From Lama glama (Eukaryota): DNA of 64,000 bases. Below, piece by piece: positions 1-12,973 of the stretch (positions within the stretch are counted from its first letter, which is position 1; each line of letters begins with the position of its first letter). Position numbers and translations under genes: made by a program. Location: contig CM052848.1 in NCBI GenBank assembly GCA_028534125.1, forward strand, positions 13,082,001 through 13,146,000. Direction: 5' to 3'. The notes below the pieces were generated by a model that did no database searches, was not told the DNA's origin, and saw nothing but the letters and a program-made list of their open reading frames with translations.

Positions 1-336
1 AGAGCCGCCGGGTGTCGTGCCCGCCCGGTGGCGCCGCTGGACCCCGTGCGGGGCGGACTCGCGGGAGGACAGGTGTAGCCTGCATACGCGGGCGGCGCGC
101 GCGGAAGAGCTGGGTGGGCTCGGCGGTCCGGAGGGGGCTTGCAGGGCTCGGAGCTCCGGTCCCTGCCACGCAGGAGGGTCGGCGCCACTTGGCGCGGCCA
201 GCCTCAGGGAAGGAAGTCGCGGCGTATCTCGGTCCCCCAGCGGCCGTCCGGGCGCGACCCTGGCGCCCACTGCCCGCAGCGGCTCCCGCAGCGGCCCTGG
301 GACCTAGAGGTGCGCGCGGCCGCCGGTGCCGCCCCC

Positions 337-870
337 ATGCTACTCGGAGCGCCCAGGCTGTGCGCGTCCAGGGCGGCCGCCGCTGCGCAGAGCGAGGGCG
401 ACGGCGACAGGCTGGGCAGGGACATGGACGAGTCGTCGCTGCTGGACCTGCTGGAGTGCTCCGTGTGTCTGGAGCGCCTGGACACGACCGCCAAGGTGCT
501 GCCCTGCCAGCACACCTTCTGCCGCCGCTGCCTGGAGAGCATTGTGTGCTCGCGGCACGAGCTGCGCTGCCCGGAGTGCCGCATCCTGGTGGGCTGCGGC
601 GTGGACGAGCTGCCCGCCAACATCCTGCTGGTGCGCCTGCTGGACGGCATCCGCCAGCGTCCCCGCCCCGGCGCCAGCCCGGGCGGCAGCCCGCCCGCGC
701 GTCCTGGTCCCAGCCCGGGCCCGGGCCTCGGCTCCAGCCCGGAGGCGGCCTCGGCGCACGGGGATTGCGGGGGCAGCGCCCCTGGCTCTCCGGTCCTCCT
801 CTCCGCGGCGACCAGCGCCACCGCCAGCCTGCGCGAGCTGGCGACTGGCAGGAGCGCGCCCCTGGCGAAG
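337..870 (+). CDS. SH3RF3: SH3RF3/POSH2 coding exon 1 (178 codons): N-terminal extension, C3HC4 RING finger, Pro/Gly/Ser/Ala linker
   Basis: ATG at 337 gives [21 protein letters not shown]...[81 protein letters not shown], which I recognise as the SH3RF3 N-terminus (SH3RF1 has CPVC and lacks the MLLGA extension). It ends at AAG|GTGAGT, a consensus phase-0 donor at 871. Confidence 0.96.
457..579 (+). other. SH3RF3: RING-HC (C3HC4) zinc-finger coding segment
   Basis: CSVC...CQH..CRRC...CPEC; all eight metal ligands are intact. Confidence 0.95.
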
Positions 871-3800
871 GTGAGTATGAGCTTCACTGAGAGGGGTGGG
901 CAGTGAGGAAGGACAGGGGACCAGAAGTGCTCCACGGTGGCCTGTGCCTTGCTCTTCTTTTCGACTTGCTTTTCTCCAGGGCCTTGAGAGCGCAACCCTT
1001 CAAGCCCCACTTAACAATTCTAGGACGCTGCGTGCTCCCATCCTGCCCCCTCCCCTTTGCACTTCTAGTTGGCACCTGCTGCCCACCCGTCCTCTCCCTC
1101 TTGGAATCCCTTTCCCTCCACCTGCACCTGCTTGATGGTGGCCTGTAGTCCCAGAGAACCTTGCCATCTGTGTGTGTGGCTGCACCACATCCTCCCTCTG
1201 CCTCCCATCGCCCTCCTCCAGCCCCTCTCCGGGCTGGGCCTCTTTCTCCACCTTTTAACTTTGCTGGGCTTCCATCTCCCTGGGTGCAGCCTTCTTCTTC
1301 TGGACCCCTCCGGTGAACCCTCTGCACAAACCTTGCCCACTGGGACTGAAGTCAGTGCTCTCCCGGGTCTGGCCTTTGGGAAGAGCATGGGCCTCCTGCC
1401 TGGTGTCTGGGAAGGGAGATCAGGCAGGGAGGCAAGTGAGTGACTGGGGCTGCGGGAGGAAGGAGTTCACCTGGAGACCGGGAGTGTTTGGCTCAGCCCC
1501 TCTTGGACTTGGCCTGTCGGTCAGCCCTGCTCCTCCCTGGTCCTCCCCGGGCTCTCAGGCCCACTGCCTTCCCTCGCGGTTTTTATTTGAGGGTTTTTAT
1601 TGGTGTAGCCACATTGTACAGAGTAGACGGCTTCTGTTTCAGTCAAAGACCTTGTCTTGAGGGTTCTGGCGATTTGGTTTCAAAAGCTGGTTAGTGTGTC
1701 ATTTCACACCCTCTGCCACCTCAGGAGCTGTTGCTGGGGGAGGCAGGCCCACGGGGTGCTGGTGTAAGTGAGGTGAGAGGTGCTACTCATGTTTTGTGTT
1801 TTCTTTAAATGCAGAAAAGCTCATTTAAAGGGTTGCTGATTTATTGTAAAGTGCCATTCATTTTAGAAAGACAACCAGATTCCTCTCCTTTTGGCCTTTT
1901 AAAGCTTTCACGGTGCATTAACTGTTCAAATAATCCTTCCCCTATGGGTGGTGCCGAGATGAGGGACAGTTCTTCATCCGAATTGCTCAGCACTGCAGTG
2001 CCTCTGAGGTTAGAACTGAAGTCCTTGGGTGCTGTGTCAGAGGTAAAAGTCAGACTTTGCCAAACTGGGTTTTTCCTGTGGGCTGGGGAGACTAGACCGT
2101 CAAGAATAGTCAAGGAATATTTCTACTTGGGATCCCTGCTCAAGGGGAATTGTGTTCATTTGGTTTTCATTGTGATTCAGTCCAGTTACAAGTGTTCCTG
2201 TCACACATTTTCAAGTGTTTCTTTCCTCCCTTGCGTTATTATTTGAGGCGTTATAATTAAAGGTCTTTATTTGTAAAATAAGAAGGTTACCTCTTCCTGC
2301 TCGGAGAGCTGGATGGCCTTTGGCATGACGCTTCCAGGGAGGATGTTTGGTGAGTCAAATTGATCAGGAGGGTGGGAGGTAGCATCTGGCAGCTCCCAGA
2401 ATCTGTGACCTTTGTAGCGTTTAAAGAAATTTGGGAAGGGGTTGAATGTACAACTTTTAGTAATGATGCTTAGTAACAGGGAATTAGCTTTTGGTCGCCT
2501 GGATTTTGGCGTGATTGGTTGATGTTCTCTCTGGACACGGGTAGTGATCAGACTGTGCCCAGGGCTGTCTGAGCTTAGGTGACACTGGAGCACATTTCTT
2601 TTTTCCTGTTTGTTATCCTCTAAGTGTGACCCTTAATCTTCTTCACAGCATCCCCTGCCCCTCACTGGGACTAAGCTGGGGTCCTAGAAATTAAATCCAA
2701 TGTTATGTTTGATCATTTTCAGAGAAGAAAGAAAAAGGAGTGGAAGCGAGGACTGTAGCGTCACCTAGCCTTTCCGCTCTTTGATTTCTAGTAGTTGGTG
2801 GGAGTCTTCCGGGACAACCAGACATCCTCACAGAGGGCTGCCCCGTCAGCAGCCCTGGGAGTGTGGTAGGCAACGCCGTCAGCTGAACATCACCTCCAAA
2901 TTGGCTCTGGTCCTTGACCGCCCAGAGGAGTAACTGGGATTCACAGCAAGGACGGAGGCTGGATCTTGTTGCGTATTGTTTAATAGCCGGGCACTCGTTC
3001 TCAGTGAGGACCACATATGCCTTAGGAGTCGGTGACTGTAAACAGAAGACAGCCCCCGTTTCCCAGTAGGAAGCATCTCCAACCTTCCTTTGGACCTGTT
3101 GGGGCGTGTGGACTTTTCAGGTGGGTGATAAACATGTATCTGCTTGGATGGTTTGTTAGTTTAGTTACAGTAGCTGTTAGGGACACGTCTGCACAGAACG
3201 TATTCACTCCTGTTTGGTTCATGAAACACTTTTCCATACGCTTCACCTGTACCTTTTCCCCAAGTTTCATGGACCCTCCCACCTGCTTGGCAGAGCTGTG
3301 CTCTGAGCTGTACCGTTTGAGACAAGGCCTTTAGATTAGTTAATTATGCTGCCCTGGGACTTGTACGAACTCACAGTGCCCACGGCCCAAGGCTGTTAGG
3401 CCACTGGCCAGCACTGTGCTGCTGCTTAAAGCCTCCCAGAAGGCCTGTCTCACCCGCGACCATTGCAGTGGCTGAGTTTATCAGCCTCGCTTTTTTTGTT
3501 TTGCTTTACAATTTTGCAGGTGACCCTTTGAACACCCTAACTAGCCTCAAAGGAAGTCTTCAGGCCAGCTTGTCTTTCTAAGAGGGTCTGTGGTTCCCAG
3601 CTGAGTAATTTGAACGGTGCTTTCAGTGTGTCTGCATAGGGCTCTAATATCAGACAGTGCCAATTTGGGGAAGTGACTGTTTTGGGGAAATCCCTTGTCT
3701 TCTACCTGGGCATACACAGAACTTGCCGCATCCTACACGGCCGGACACCACCCTGGGTGAGCCAGACGGTGTGCCCCTGCTGGAGCTGGCGTTCAGGGTC

Positions 3801-6234
3801 GAAACCCTCTGCGGAGGAGGCTCCAGGCAGCACGAGGCTGGTGCCAGTCAGAGCCCTGGGAAGGTTAAAGGAAGGACGTCATCACAATTAAAGAACTGTA
3901 GAAAGCTCAGGAGGTACTTTTGCTGGTGTAAAACATAGGCACTAGAGCCTGATTAGTTCGTTGCAGGTACTTGGGGATGTATTTCAGTTGGAAACCTCTG
4001 TGTATCTTCAGCCAGTGTGCTGGGACCCAGTAATGGGAACAGTCAAATTATGTGGAGAATCACACAGACATCTATTACGTATTTTATCTCATAAACACAC
4101 ACACATGCATTTACCATTTTTTTGATGCAAGACTTTTCTTTGAGTTCCAAGTTGTCCTTCTAGTTTAAACCACAGTCAAAATTTATGATCTTCTATTTAT
4201 TTCTTTCAAATGGACTGAGAATGAACAGGCTCTTCAAAGAATTCTGAGTGGAGGGAGATTTTAAATAATTCCCCCTCGATATTTCCTGTTTTTGCTCTTG
4301 CCAATTTAACAGTTTGAAAAGAGGTCTCTTTGCTGAGTCGTTCCTAAGTGGGCACCATGGTTTTCCAAAGAGTGAGGCTTTTTTGCACTCAGACTTCTTT
4401 GCTCTACATAATATTTAATTAAAGTTTATATTTGTATATAAGTGTATAAAGTACACGTGCAGAAACGTGCTTGGGAATCCACACAGTGGATTCCTGGTGA
4501 ACGTGGGCCTCCCCTGGAGGGACAGGTCTGTGGGGATGGACACCCAGGCCGTCCTGGGGAGGCAGTGGGGCGGTGGCTGGCCCAGCTGCTCCGTGAGTCT
4601 GGAGGGCATCACCGTGTTCTGTCATCCACAGCTGGGCAGCTTGTGTAGAGATTCTCTGATTGACGGTGGCCAGGTGCTGCCACCGTCCTGAGAAGTGGTG
4701 GCCTCATGACTGCTCTGAGACCCAGAGAGACTGCTGTTTGGGCAAAGTCAGGGAGCCGGCGAGGCTCAGGCCCGGCCCCCCGTGTCCAGCTCTGCTGCGT
4801 CGGCAGGGCTGCTCCTGTGGTTTGGCCTTGGGTGTAACGGGGGCTCCAGAGAAAAGCTCCGGCCGCTCCTGGACAGGGGCGCAGGTGGCTGTGGTCCGAA
4901 CGCAAGGGCAGGTGCCTGCCCTTGTGATGGCAAAGTCGTCTGGGACGTGTCTGCAGAGGGCCCTGGGTGTGGCGCCGATCGCGCCCGCGGGTGTGGGGCC
5001 AGGTGGGCCGTGCGGGTGCCCGTTCTTCCTGACGAGCAGCTGGTCACGTGGATGCGGAGCCAAGGCTCTGAGACCCCTCGCTCAGGGGCCCCGGGCTTGG
5101 GGTAGACTCTGGACCCACTAGCTCCTGGCTGCCTGCTCAGAAGCCTCTCACGGCCACCACCAGTCAGTCAGCGCCCTGGCCGAGTCGTGGTGACTGGATT
5201 CTTGAGTGTTGACGTCTAACCCGAGGGCCTCAGTCTGTTTGTTTCACCTTTAACTTGCTTCCAAGTTCTATCTTTGTTGTTGGAGGCAGTGTTCTCGAGC
5301 CTTACAAGCGCCACTGGAGTGAAGGCAAGGCATCCGGGAGGAGTCCTGGTCTGCACCGCCTCACTGGCTGGGGCTCTGCTGAGGGGGACACCCTGCCTCG
5401 TCTGCAGGGCGGGCTGGCTTGTCCACGCCGCCCTCGCCTGCAGGACGGTCGCACATCCGCCGCCCCTCTGTTCCGCGTGTGCCAGTCGGTGGTGCTGGAG
5501 GGGGCTGTCAGTAGCACTGGGTTGTTTCTGATGTGCATTTCGGTTCAGTCTGCTTTGCATCTCTGTTTTGAGTTAACACGCTCTTTTCCGAGGTATGTTT
5601 TTGAAGTAAAACCTCAGCAAGGACTCCATTGCAGGGAAATGCTCTTGGTGACACTTTGAGAGGCCAAGGTCACTTTTCATCAGATTTGCCTTGCTGGGAA
5701 GATCTTGAGATCTGATGGATTAGAAACACGTGTGTGATGTGTGTCCTGTTGGAAATCTAACCAGCCTTAAAAGACGAGGGTATCGAACAGAGGATCAGCA
5801 GTGGTGAACAGTTTAAAACCCGTGACGTGGCCCCTCCTCCCTCCGAGCGAAATTGGAATAAAGCAGCGAATGAGGTGGCAGCCGTTTGAATTGTACTCAG
5901 CGGTCGCGGCTTCTTTGAGCTGGACTCCGGCCTTGGTGGCTCATGGACATTGAGAGATGCTGCCGTGTGTTTAGGTGTGACTGATCATGGTCATCACCTG
6001 CAAAGTAAGATATGATGAGCCTTGCATCGCTGCTTGATGGGATGTGTGTGCTGCTCATGTGAATTTATGTGCATTTAAGTGAATTAGAATTCGCTGCAGG
6101 GCTTTAGGTCCACAGGACAGTGAGAGGCATTTAAAAACACCCTGGCACCAGGAGCAGGTGTGGATTGTTGTGGAGCGCCGAGTGGGGCGGGGGTGTTGGG
6201 AACACTGGGTGGCAGTGGGGTCATCGTGCAGCAG

Positions 6235-6300
6235 CTCACTGAGTGCGTATATGAGTACCTCCTGTGTGCCAGGCCCTGCAGCCGGCACCAAGGTATTGGG
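6235..6300 (-). mobile_element. L2 LINE 3'-end remnant
   Basis: atgagtacctcctgtgtgccaggccctg resembles the antisense L2 3' motif ttgagcacctactatgtgccaggcactg. Confidence 0.45.
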
Positions 6301-9300
6301 ACAAGAAGTATTTAGGTCTCTGGAAGGTGGCACAGGACTTACTCGCCACCTTGCCAGCCAGTGGAGCACCAGGCTCGTTTTCAAAGCAGCTGCTGTGCTT
6401 TCCTTCCTTCTTCACGACATTGAGGCACCTCCACCTTATCCCTACGTGTGTTCTAGAAACTCCTCTATAGGAAATAAATCTCCACTGTTCGTGGATAAAC
6501 CACTGGACTCCTTAACACTTCGCAATCACACTCCCAATTCTCCGTAACTTAAAAATTGCACCCATTTCCTTTCCCAAGCAAATCTGAAGGTAATGAAAGC
6601 CAGTGTATTTGTGCGGTGTTGGGAACCGTGCAGGCAGGTGGCCTGTGCCAAACTAACATCACCTTGAGGTATGTAGCCTGGGAGCTCACCTTCGTCTGCC
6701 GTGGGTTTGCTCTGTCACCAGCAGTGATTGGACAGGTGCGGGATGACAGGTCGGTGCCCTTGCGGGTTCTGTGGCTGCGTTTGTACTGAAGGGTTCTTCT
6801 GGATTTGGGGACTGTCTGGTGTCGCTGTTGGGCGAGCCAGGCGCTGGTGGGGGGCTCCTGGACCGCAGGTGTTTCCCCTTGGAAACTTGTTTTATCCTGG
6901 AGTTAAGTTGTTGCCTCGACATCTCAAATGAGGGACGGGTCTTGGGTTCTGATGGAGCTAGAGCCCTGTCCTGGGACCTCACAGCCAGGAAACGCCAGGT
7001 GGCTCTTCAGGTCGTGGTGTGTCCTTCCATGAGGACGGTGTGTCCCTTCCTGGGTGTGGGACGCCTGGGGCTGTGGGCGAGGCCCCGCCATCCGCTCTTG
7101 GTGTGATCCATCGTCTGTGGAGGCTGCGTCTCAAACACAGCTGCTGTGAGGACGAGACAGTGACCGTCCACGCAGATGGTGCCCACATCTCAGAGGGGCC
7201 ACCCAGGCGCCTTCCCAGAAGAGCTGGCCAGTGTTCCCTGCGACAAAGCGTGGTTCCTGAAGACAGCCTTCATGCAGTGGGTCCGCGGTGGCCCCAGGTC
7301 AGCAGGCCCAGTCCCTTCCCAGGGGAGGAGCTGCCTCGGGCCGAGGTTCGGTTTCTGAAGGTTGGCTTTTGACCAGCCCTCTTGGGAAGCGATGGGGGTT
7401 GCTGCCGAGGGAAGGAAGCACCGAGGGTTTGTCCTGATGAGGGGAAGGGGCTGTCGGCAGAGGACACTCTGTCTAAACTTCAGGGGAATTCTGTCAGGTT
7501 GAGGCATTTCCAAGGGTGTCAATTTCCAAGGTGACAATTGCTGTGTTGACAGGCATGGGCAGGCGTGGCCTCCTGCTGGTGGAGTGTGACCTGGCGCGGA
7601 GACAAGTCCTCAGGGTGCTGGTGTTCCTGGTGGGGTTGCCATGGTGGCTGCGGTGTCCCCAGCAGCACCTGGTGGGGGATAAGCTTTATGTTAATGTCTG
7701 TTTATCTTAATGATCTATTTATGCCAAGTGGTCTATTAAAATAATATTATGGCAGTTACATGAGGTTTGATTTGGAGCAAAGTTAAATAAACAGTAAGTC
7801 GATTTAAAGAAACTTACTGAGTAAATGCTGTGAGGATGGGGCGTGGATGACGAGTTTGGGTAAAAACCGCCTGGAGTCCTGGAACAGGCAGACTTCATCT
7901 CCCCGAGCCTCTCGGCTTTGACCTTGTACCTTGATCCCTCAGGGCCTGGGCTGCCCTCGGGCTGAGTGAGGATCTGTGAGCTGGGAGGGTGGACGGGGGT
8001 TGGAGGGGGTGAACATGAGAAGCAGGGCGGCCTTTTGTGCTCAGAAGCCAGTTTTTGGAAATACTGCTTTTTGGTTTTTCAACCCAAATAGCAAGTGTGG
8101 AAACAGCCTTTGGGATTTGTTTGAGGCCAGAAATAAAAATGGGCAAGAAATTTCAAGAGTGACAAGTGTCTCTGGAGCCCTGCCTCCTGCGGCTGGTGCC
8201 CTCCTGGTTTGGGGCTGTCCTCGTACCCTGGACCTGGTCAAGTGCAGCCACAGCAGAAGCGGGCGTGAGGGTCAGGGGCACCGAGCGAAAGACACGGTCG
8301 AGCAGGTTCTCTGCTCCCCTTCGTCCCTGGAGTGAGGGCCGGAGGGGAAAGGGGAGGCGGGCCCTGGGCTGGTCCTGTGCTCACAGCAGGGCAGTGGGCC
8401 CCACGCTCTGGTTCCCTAGAGGCTCCAGGCAGGCTCCCGTCCTGGCAGGGCTGTCTGATGAGGGAGATGACGAGCCTGAGCTGGTGTTGCCACCCTGGGG
8501 CTGGGGGTCAGCTTTGATGTTCCCTCATCAGCCGTGTCTGGGTCATCACGGTCTAGCACGACTCTCTCCAGGGGACAGTTAACTCTATGACTTTCTGCTC
8601 TCGAGTCAGGACCTGAGTCAGCCAGGTCCGCGCCACACTCCCTGCCAGGATGGTGCTGCTCTGGCCTGTCCGCTGGGCCCCTCGCCAGGCGACTGTCCTG
8701 AGATTATGCTTGGGTCACAGGTCCCTTCTCTTCCCTCAGGCAGGTTCTCGGCCCCTCGTCCTGCACACTGGCCCTTGCTGCATGGCCAGTAACCGCCCTG
8801 CCCTTCATCCCCAATCATCACCTGCCCTTTGCTTACGTGAGACCCCGCCTTCGCCGCCAGTCTGTCTGAGCCTCCCTCCTGTGTCCTTGGGATGCTACAG
8901 AGCAGAGGCAGGCGTGGTGACCACCAAGCCTTGCTTCTTACACACCTGTGCCCCCACTGCCCTGCACTCACCCTCTGTCCCCCGTTTACCTCCCAGCACT
9001 GACCCGGTGTCGCTGACGTGACTGCCCTGTGCACCCGAGCCATACTATCCCCCATTCTCACAGGATGTCTGTGCTTCTCCGGAGCCTAGTCCCTGATTGC
9101 CTTTGGGGTCTGGGGTCTCCTCCCCTGTGCAGGTTGCAAGTTCATCAGGGTCAGGTCCATGCTGTCCCAGCATCTGTGCACGGGAGCAGGACTCCACAGC
9201 TGACCTGGTGATGGTCACGCCTGCGCCTGGAGGGCTGCATGGGCCTTGCCGTGTGCCCCGGCCAGTGCTGGGCACGGTGTGCCATCTGTGCTGCAGCATC

Positions 9301-12300
9301 CCCGCCTGCAAGGTGGCAGCTGAGCAGAGCACAGGCACCTCTGGGCTGTGGGCTGATGAGCCCCTGACGGAGGAGCTGGCTGTGCGGTAAGCGCGGGGGC
9401 CATGGGCTGGGGGCTGGCGTGACTCCTGAGCCTAGGGTTTTCATAATAATGAGCGTTGGAATGTGTGACCCCTGACAGTTGGGCTGGGACCCAAGGAGGG
9501 ACCTGGGGACAGGGTTGAGGCCCCCCAGAGCCTGCATCTGGAGAGCCTTTTTCACCCTTTCCTCTCCCCTTCGAGATGTCCCTTTCCTCTGGTTTCCACA
9601 TCACCCACGGGAGCCAGACACTCAGGGTGCTCGGGGTATATAACAACCCCCCTCAGCCCACTCGGTTCTCAGCATCCCCAGCACAGGGGGAGGGGGGACT
9701 GAAAGAGGCTCCTTGCGACCCCACAGCCACCCCTCAGTGGGGCTGCCCCTGTGTCTGCAGCCCCTCCGCCCTGACACCCTCCCCACCGTGTCTCCTGGCC
9801 CCTGTGCTGCAGGGTTCCCGTTCTAGGAGCCCCCGTCCTCACCCCATTCTTTAACCCCATTCCTCTCAAGGCCCTGCCCGCGAGCTCTTCTTGGCTCCCT
9901 GTCTGTCGTCTCTGCTCCTTGATCCTCTGGGGGCCTCCCCTCCAGCCCCGGCCTCCTGGAGGCTCTGGCCTCCCTGTGCATTGTTCAAGCATGTTGTCTC
10001 CCTCCCTGTCTCGTCTCTGGTCCTTTTCCCTCCTGCGGACCCTGCAGTGAGTCAGGGAGTGGGTTTTCTTCTTGTCCAAAAGACAGGTATGGACCGTGCC
10101 AGGACAAGGGGCCTGTCCTTGGACCACAGCATTGGCCTCCACTGCGAGGCTCACGAGCAGAGGTCAGTGCAGCCACCCTTGGGGAGCCCAGAGCGGGGGC
10201 ACCCTCGGGCAGCATGGTGGCCACGCACAGTGAGTGAGCACCCCGTCTGCATTATTTATTATTTCTGCCTGCTGCTTGGTGCACACGTCTGAGAAGAAGC
10301 CCATGTGGATGAGCTGTCTCCCTGCGCTGAGTGGAGTTCTAAACACAGGCCCACAGAGGTCCAGAGGAAGGTGCCACATCAGTTACTCAAGAGGGGCGTG
10401 CACGGTCTCCCACTAACACGAGTCCCAGGTCTTTCAAAAGGGATTTATTTCTTAACTGTCCACTAAGTGACCTTTCCAGTTGTAATTTTCTGCTCCTAGT
10501 TCTCAGGGCGCTTGGTTGAGTGAGTTGAGTTTTCTCCTAAGTGTGAGAAGTGTTAACTTGACATCAGTTGTTTAGGTGACACGTCCAGAATCAGAGCCTA
10601 ACTGGTTCATTTTCACTCAGTAATGAGGATGTGTCCGTGTATGTAAGTAGGTTTATGCAGGTACCTACACTCACACACAGAACACACATTCACATTGGTC
10701 TCTGTATACATTACGTGGTCACAGGTATTAATTTGGTCAGCAGTTCGTCCCTTTGAACAAGGTTTGGGGAGGTTCTTCTTTCTGCTGGCCTTAGTCTCAC
10801 CTGGCACCTCGCCCTGTGTCATCGGGGTGGACGGCCCTGTCCGTCCTGCAGGAGGGACGCTGGTTCCACCCCTGCAGCTGCACGATGCGGGCGGCAGCTG
10901 GCCTTCTGGGCACAGCTGGGCAGAGTGGGTGGCGTGAGGGCCGGGGATGTGAGAGCTGCCGGGTCAGGCCCAAGTGCCACTCACAGCTGCCCGGGACCCG
11001 GAGGAAAGCTGGCATCGTGGGGCAGTGTCTTCTGGACAGACTGGCACGATGCTGCGGCTGGAAGTGTGTGCGGATTTCTGCACGTGCAGGCGGGCGCGCG
11101 TGACCAGCGAAGGGAGGGTGAGATTGGCTCCTGGGAACACGGCTGCTGCCGGGGCCGCTGTGATGAGTAATAGACCCATTAGATTGCAGTGAAGTGCGTG
11201 ATGATGTGTAATTAGGGGTGGCATCAGTCAGGCAGGAACCACAGCATTAAAGATGTGCGCAGGATCGTTTCCCAGGCTGAAACGCTCCCCGTGACTTGAG
11301 CAGGACGTGGAGTGCGTGCATTTGACTCATGCATCTGCTGCTGTGGTTCCAGACCGGCTGCTGCTCGGCAGGACAGCTGGTGTCCTCTTAAGTCTCCAGT
11401 ATTTGTAGTGACAGTGGCCACCGTGGTTTTAAAAAGCTATTTTAGGCAACTCAACAGCTGGTAGAACGGTTCTGATTGGCGACTTCACCAAAAAAGCATC
11501 TATTTTTGTTCTTGTGGAGCAGGCAGAGCCCAGCTGAGCACTGGTCTGACACTGGTCTGCGCTTCCCAGCTTCGGCTCCAAGCCCCTCCCTCCCTCCCCT
11601 TCGTGGCTTGTTCAGCCGTGGGCTCTGGGCGGGGGCAGCGAACCCCCACCGGCCGCCGTCCACCTGACTGTTTAATCAGAATCCAGCGTCTGGCAGACAC
11701 TTCAGTTGTTAATCCGGCTGCTGTTGGTAGCTGTGTGAACAGTCACTTCGGACCCTCTCCTTGGCCCGGCCTCCTAGCATCTCGCAGACTCCAGATGGAG
11801 CGCTCCCTCCCCGGGACGGCACAGACAGGGGAGCTGGGCTCACTTGGTTTCAAGTGCTGTCTGGCCGCCTGTGCCCCTACCGGCGTCCACCGCCCGCTGT
11901 CTGGGTGGAAGGGGAGGACCATGCATACCCCAGGCGTCCGCAGCCCTGTGTGATGGGCTCGGGGCCACGGCCGAGACCTTGCAGAGGCGGAGTTGAGTCT
12001 CTGATCCCCGGAGGTCACGTCGTCAGGGTCAAGGTCAGGGTCGTGGGGATGCCGGCAGGGACTGTGAGTAAAGTGTGAGTTGACAGATTTCAGGTTCACC
12101 GGAGATGTAATCATAAAATTCTATGTTCTAATTGGATTAATTTAGGGTAAAAAAAGCCGTTGAGTTCTCGTTGTAATCCATAGACAATGTTTTTATACTA
12201 GACAATTGAAAGTCCTTGAGAAGACTGAGGCCTGTCCTTTATCAGCCCAGTGCCAGGTGGGCTGGAAGCCACTGTTCCCCTGAGAGGGATGTGGAACTCA

Positions 12301-12805
12301 GCTCTTCTGCTCTGGAAAGTTCCCACCGGGGACGTGGACTCAGGTGTGGGCCAGTTTTACACCCTTTAAAGCAGCTGTTAGGTTAAGGCCGTGGGCATGA
12401 GTCCGGGAGGCATGGAAACCCCGGTTTGGGCTGAATTGGACGAAACATCAACAGACAGACACAGAAACAGCGTGGCTCGTTCGACGCAGCGTCTCCCGGT
12501 CTCCCACAGGCGTGCGGTGCCCCCAGGGGCCCTCAGCACACGGCCGGGCCGCCAGCAAGAGGCTGTGGATGCCTAGCAGTTCCAGGAGTGGTGGACATTG
12601 TATGGTGTCTGTGACAGGCACCCAGGCGGAGAGGAGTGTCAGGTGCTTTGTTTTGGAGAAAGGAGACAAGGAGGAGACGGCCCTGTGCACAGCCAGGGTG
12701 CTGGATGTTTTCAATTTTAATTTCATCTCATTCCTGCCTTCGTAAAACCTCACTGCAGTTGGTGGCTGAGATCTGCACCTGAGGGCTGGGGTGCTGGGGT
12801 ACTTT

Positions 12806-12973
12806 TGTAAATAGTGCTCCTGTGAACACTGGGGTGCAAGTGTCTTTACAAATTAGAGTTTTTTTCTGGATATATGCCCAGGTGTGCGGTTGCTGGATAA
12901 TCTGGTAAGTCTATTTGTAGTTTTTTAAGGAACCGCCATACTGTCCTCCACAGTGGCTGCACTAGTTTTCATT
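12806..12973 (-). mobile_element. L1 fragment (ORF2 3' region, antisense)
   Basis: tgtaaatagtgct..tgaacactggggtgca...ggatatatgcccagg...tttttaaggaaccgccatactgtcctccacagtggctgcac is the typical antisense L1 ORF2 C-terminal sequence. Confidence 0.85.

Larger units (their letters stand above)
1..880. promoter_or_regulatory. SH3RF3: CpG island over promoter/5'UTR/exon 1 of SH3RF3, with GC boxes (CCCGCCC 20-26, GGGGCGGAC 50-58)
   Basis: Very high GC and dense CpG from base 1 to about 870, falling sharply after the exon 1 donor. Sp/KLF-type GC boxes, no TATA box, no ATG upstream of 337. The TSS cannot be located from sequence alone. Confidence 0.85.

Noticed and set aside
139-336. Open frame upstream of ATG337 suggesting a non-AUG N-terminal extension
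   Set aside because: Expected by chance at this GC content; no homology or good initiation context seen.
12-1010. Overlapping long ORFs (12-890 +, 326-874 +, 204-1010 -, 340-759 -)
   Set aside because: Stop-poor shadow frames of a CpG-island exon with non-ATG starts or low-complexity products; only the 337 frame has a recognisable domain.
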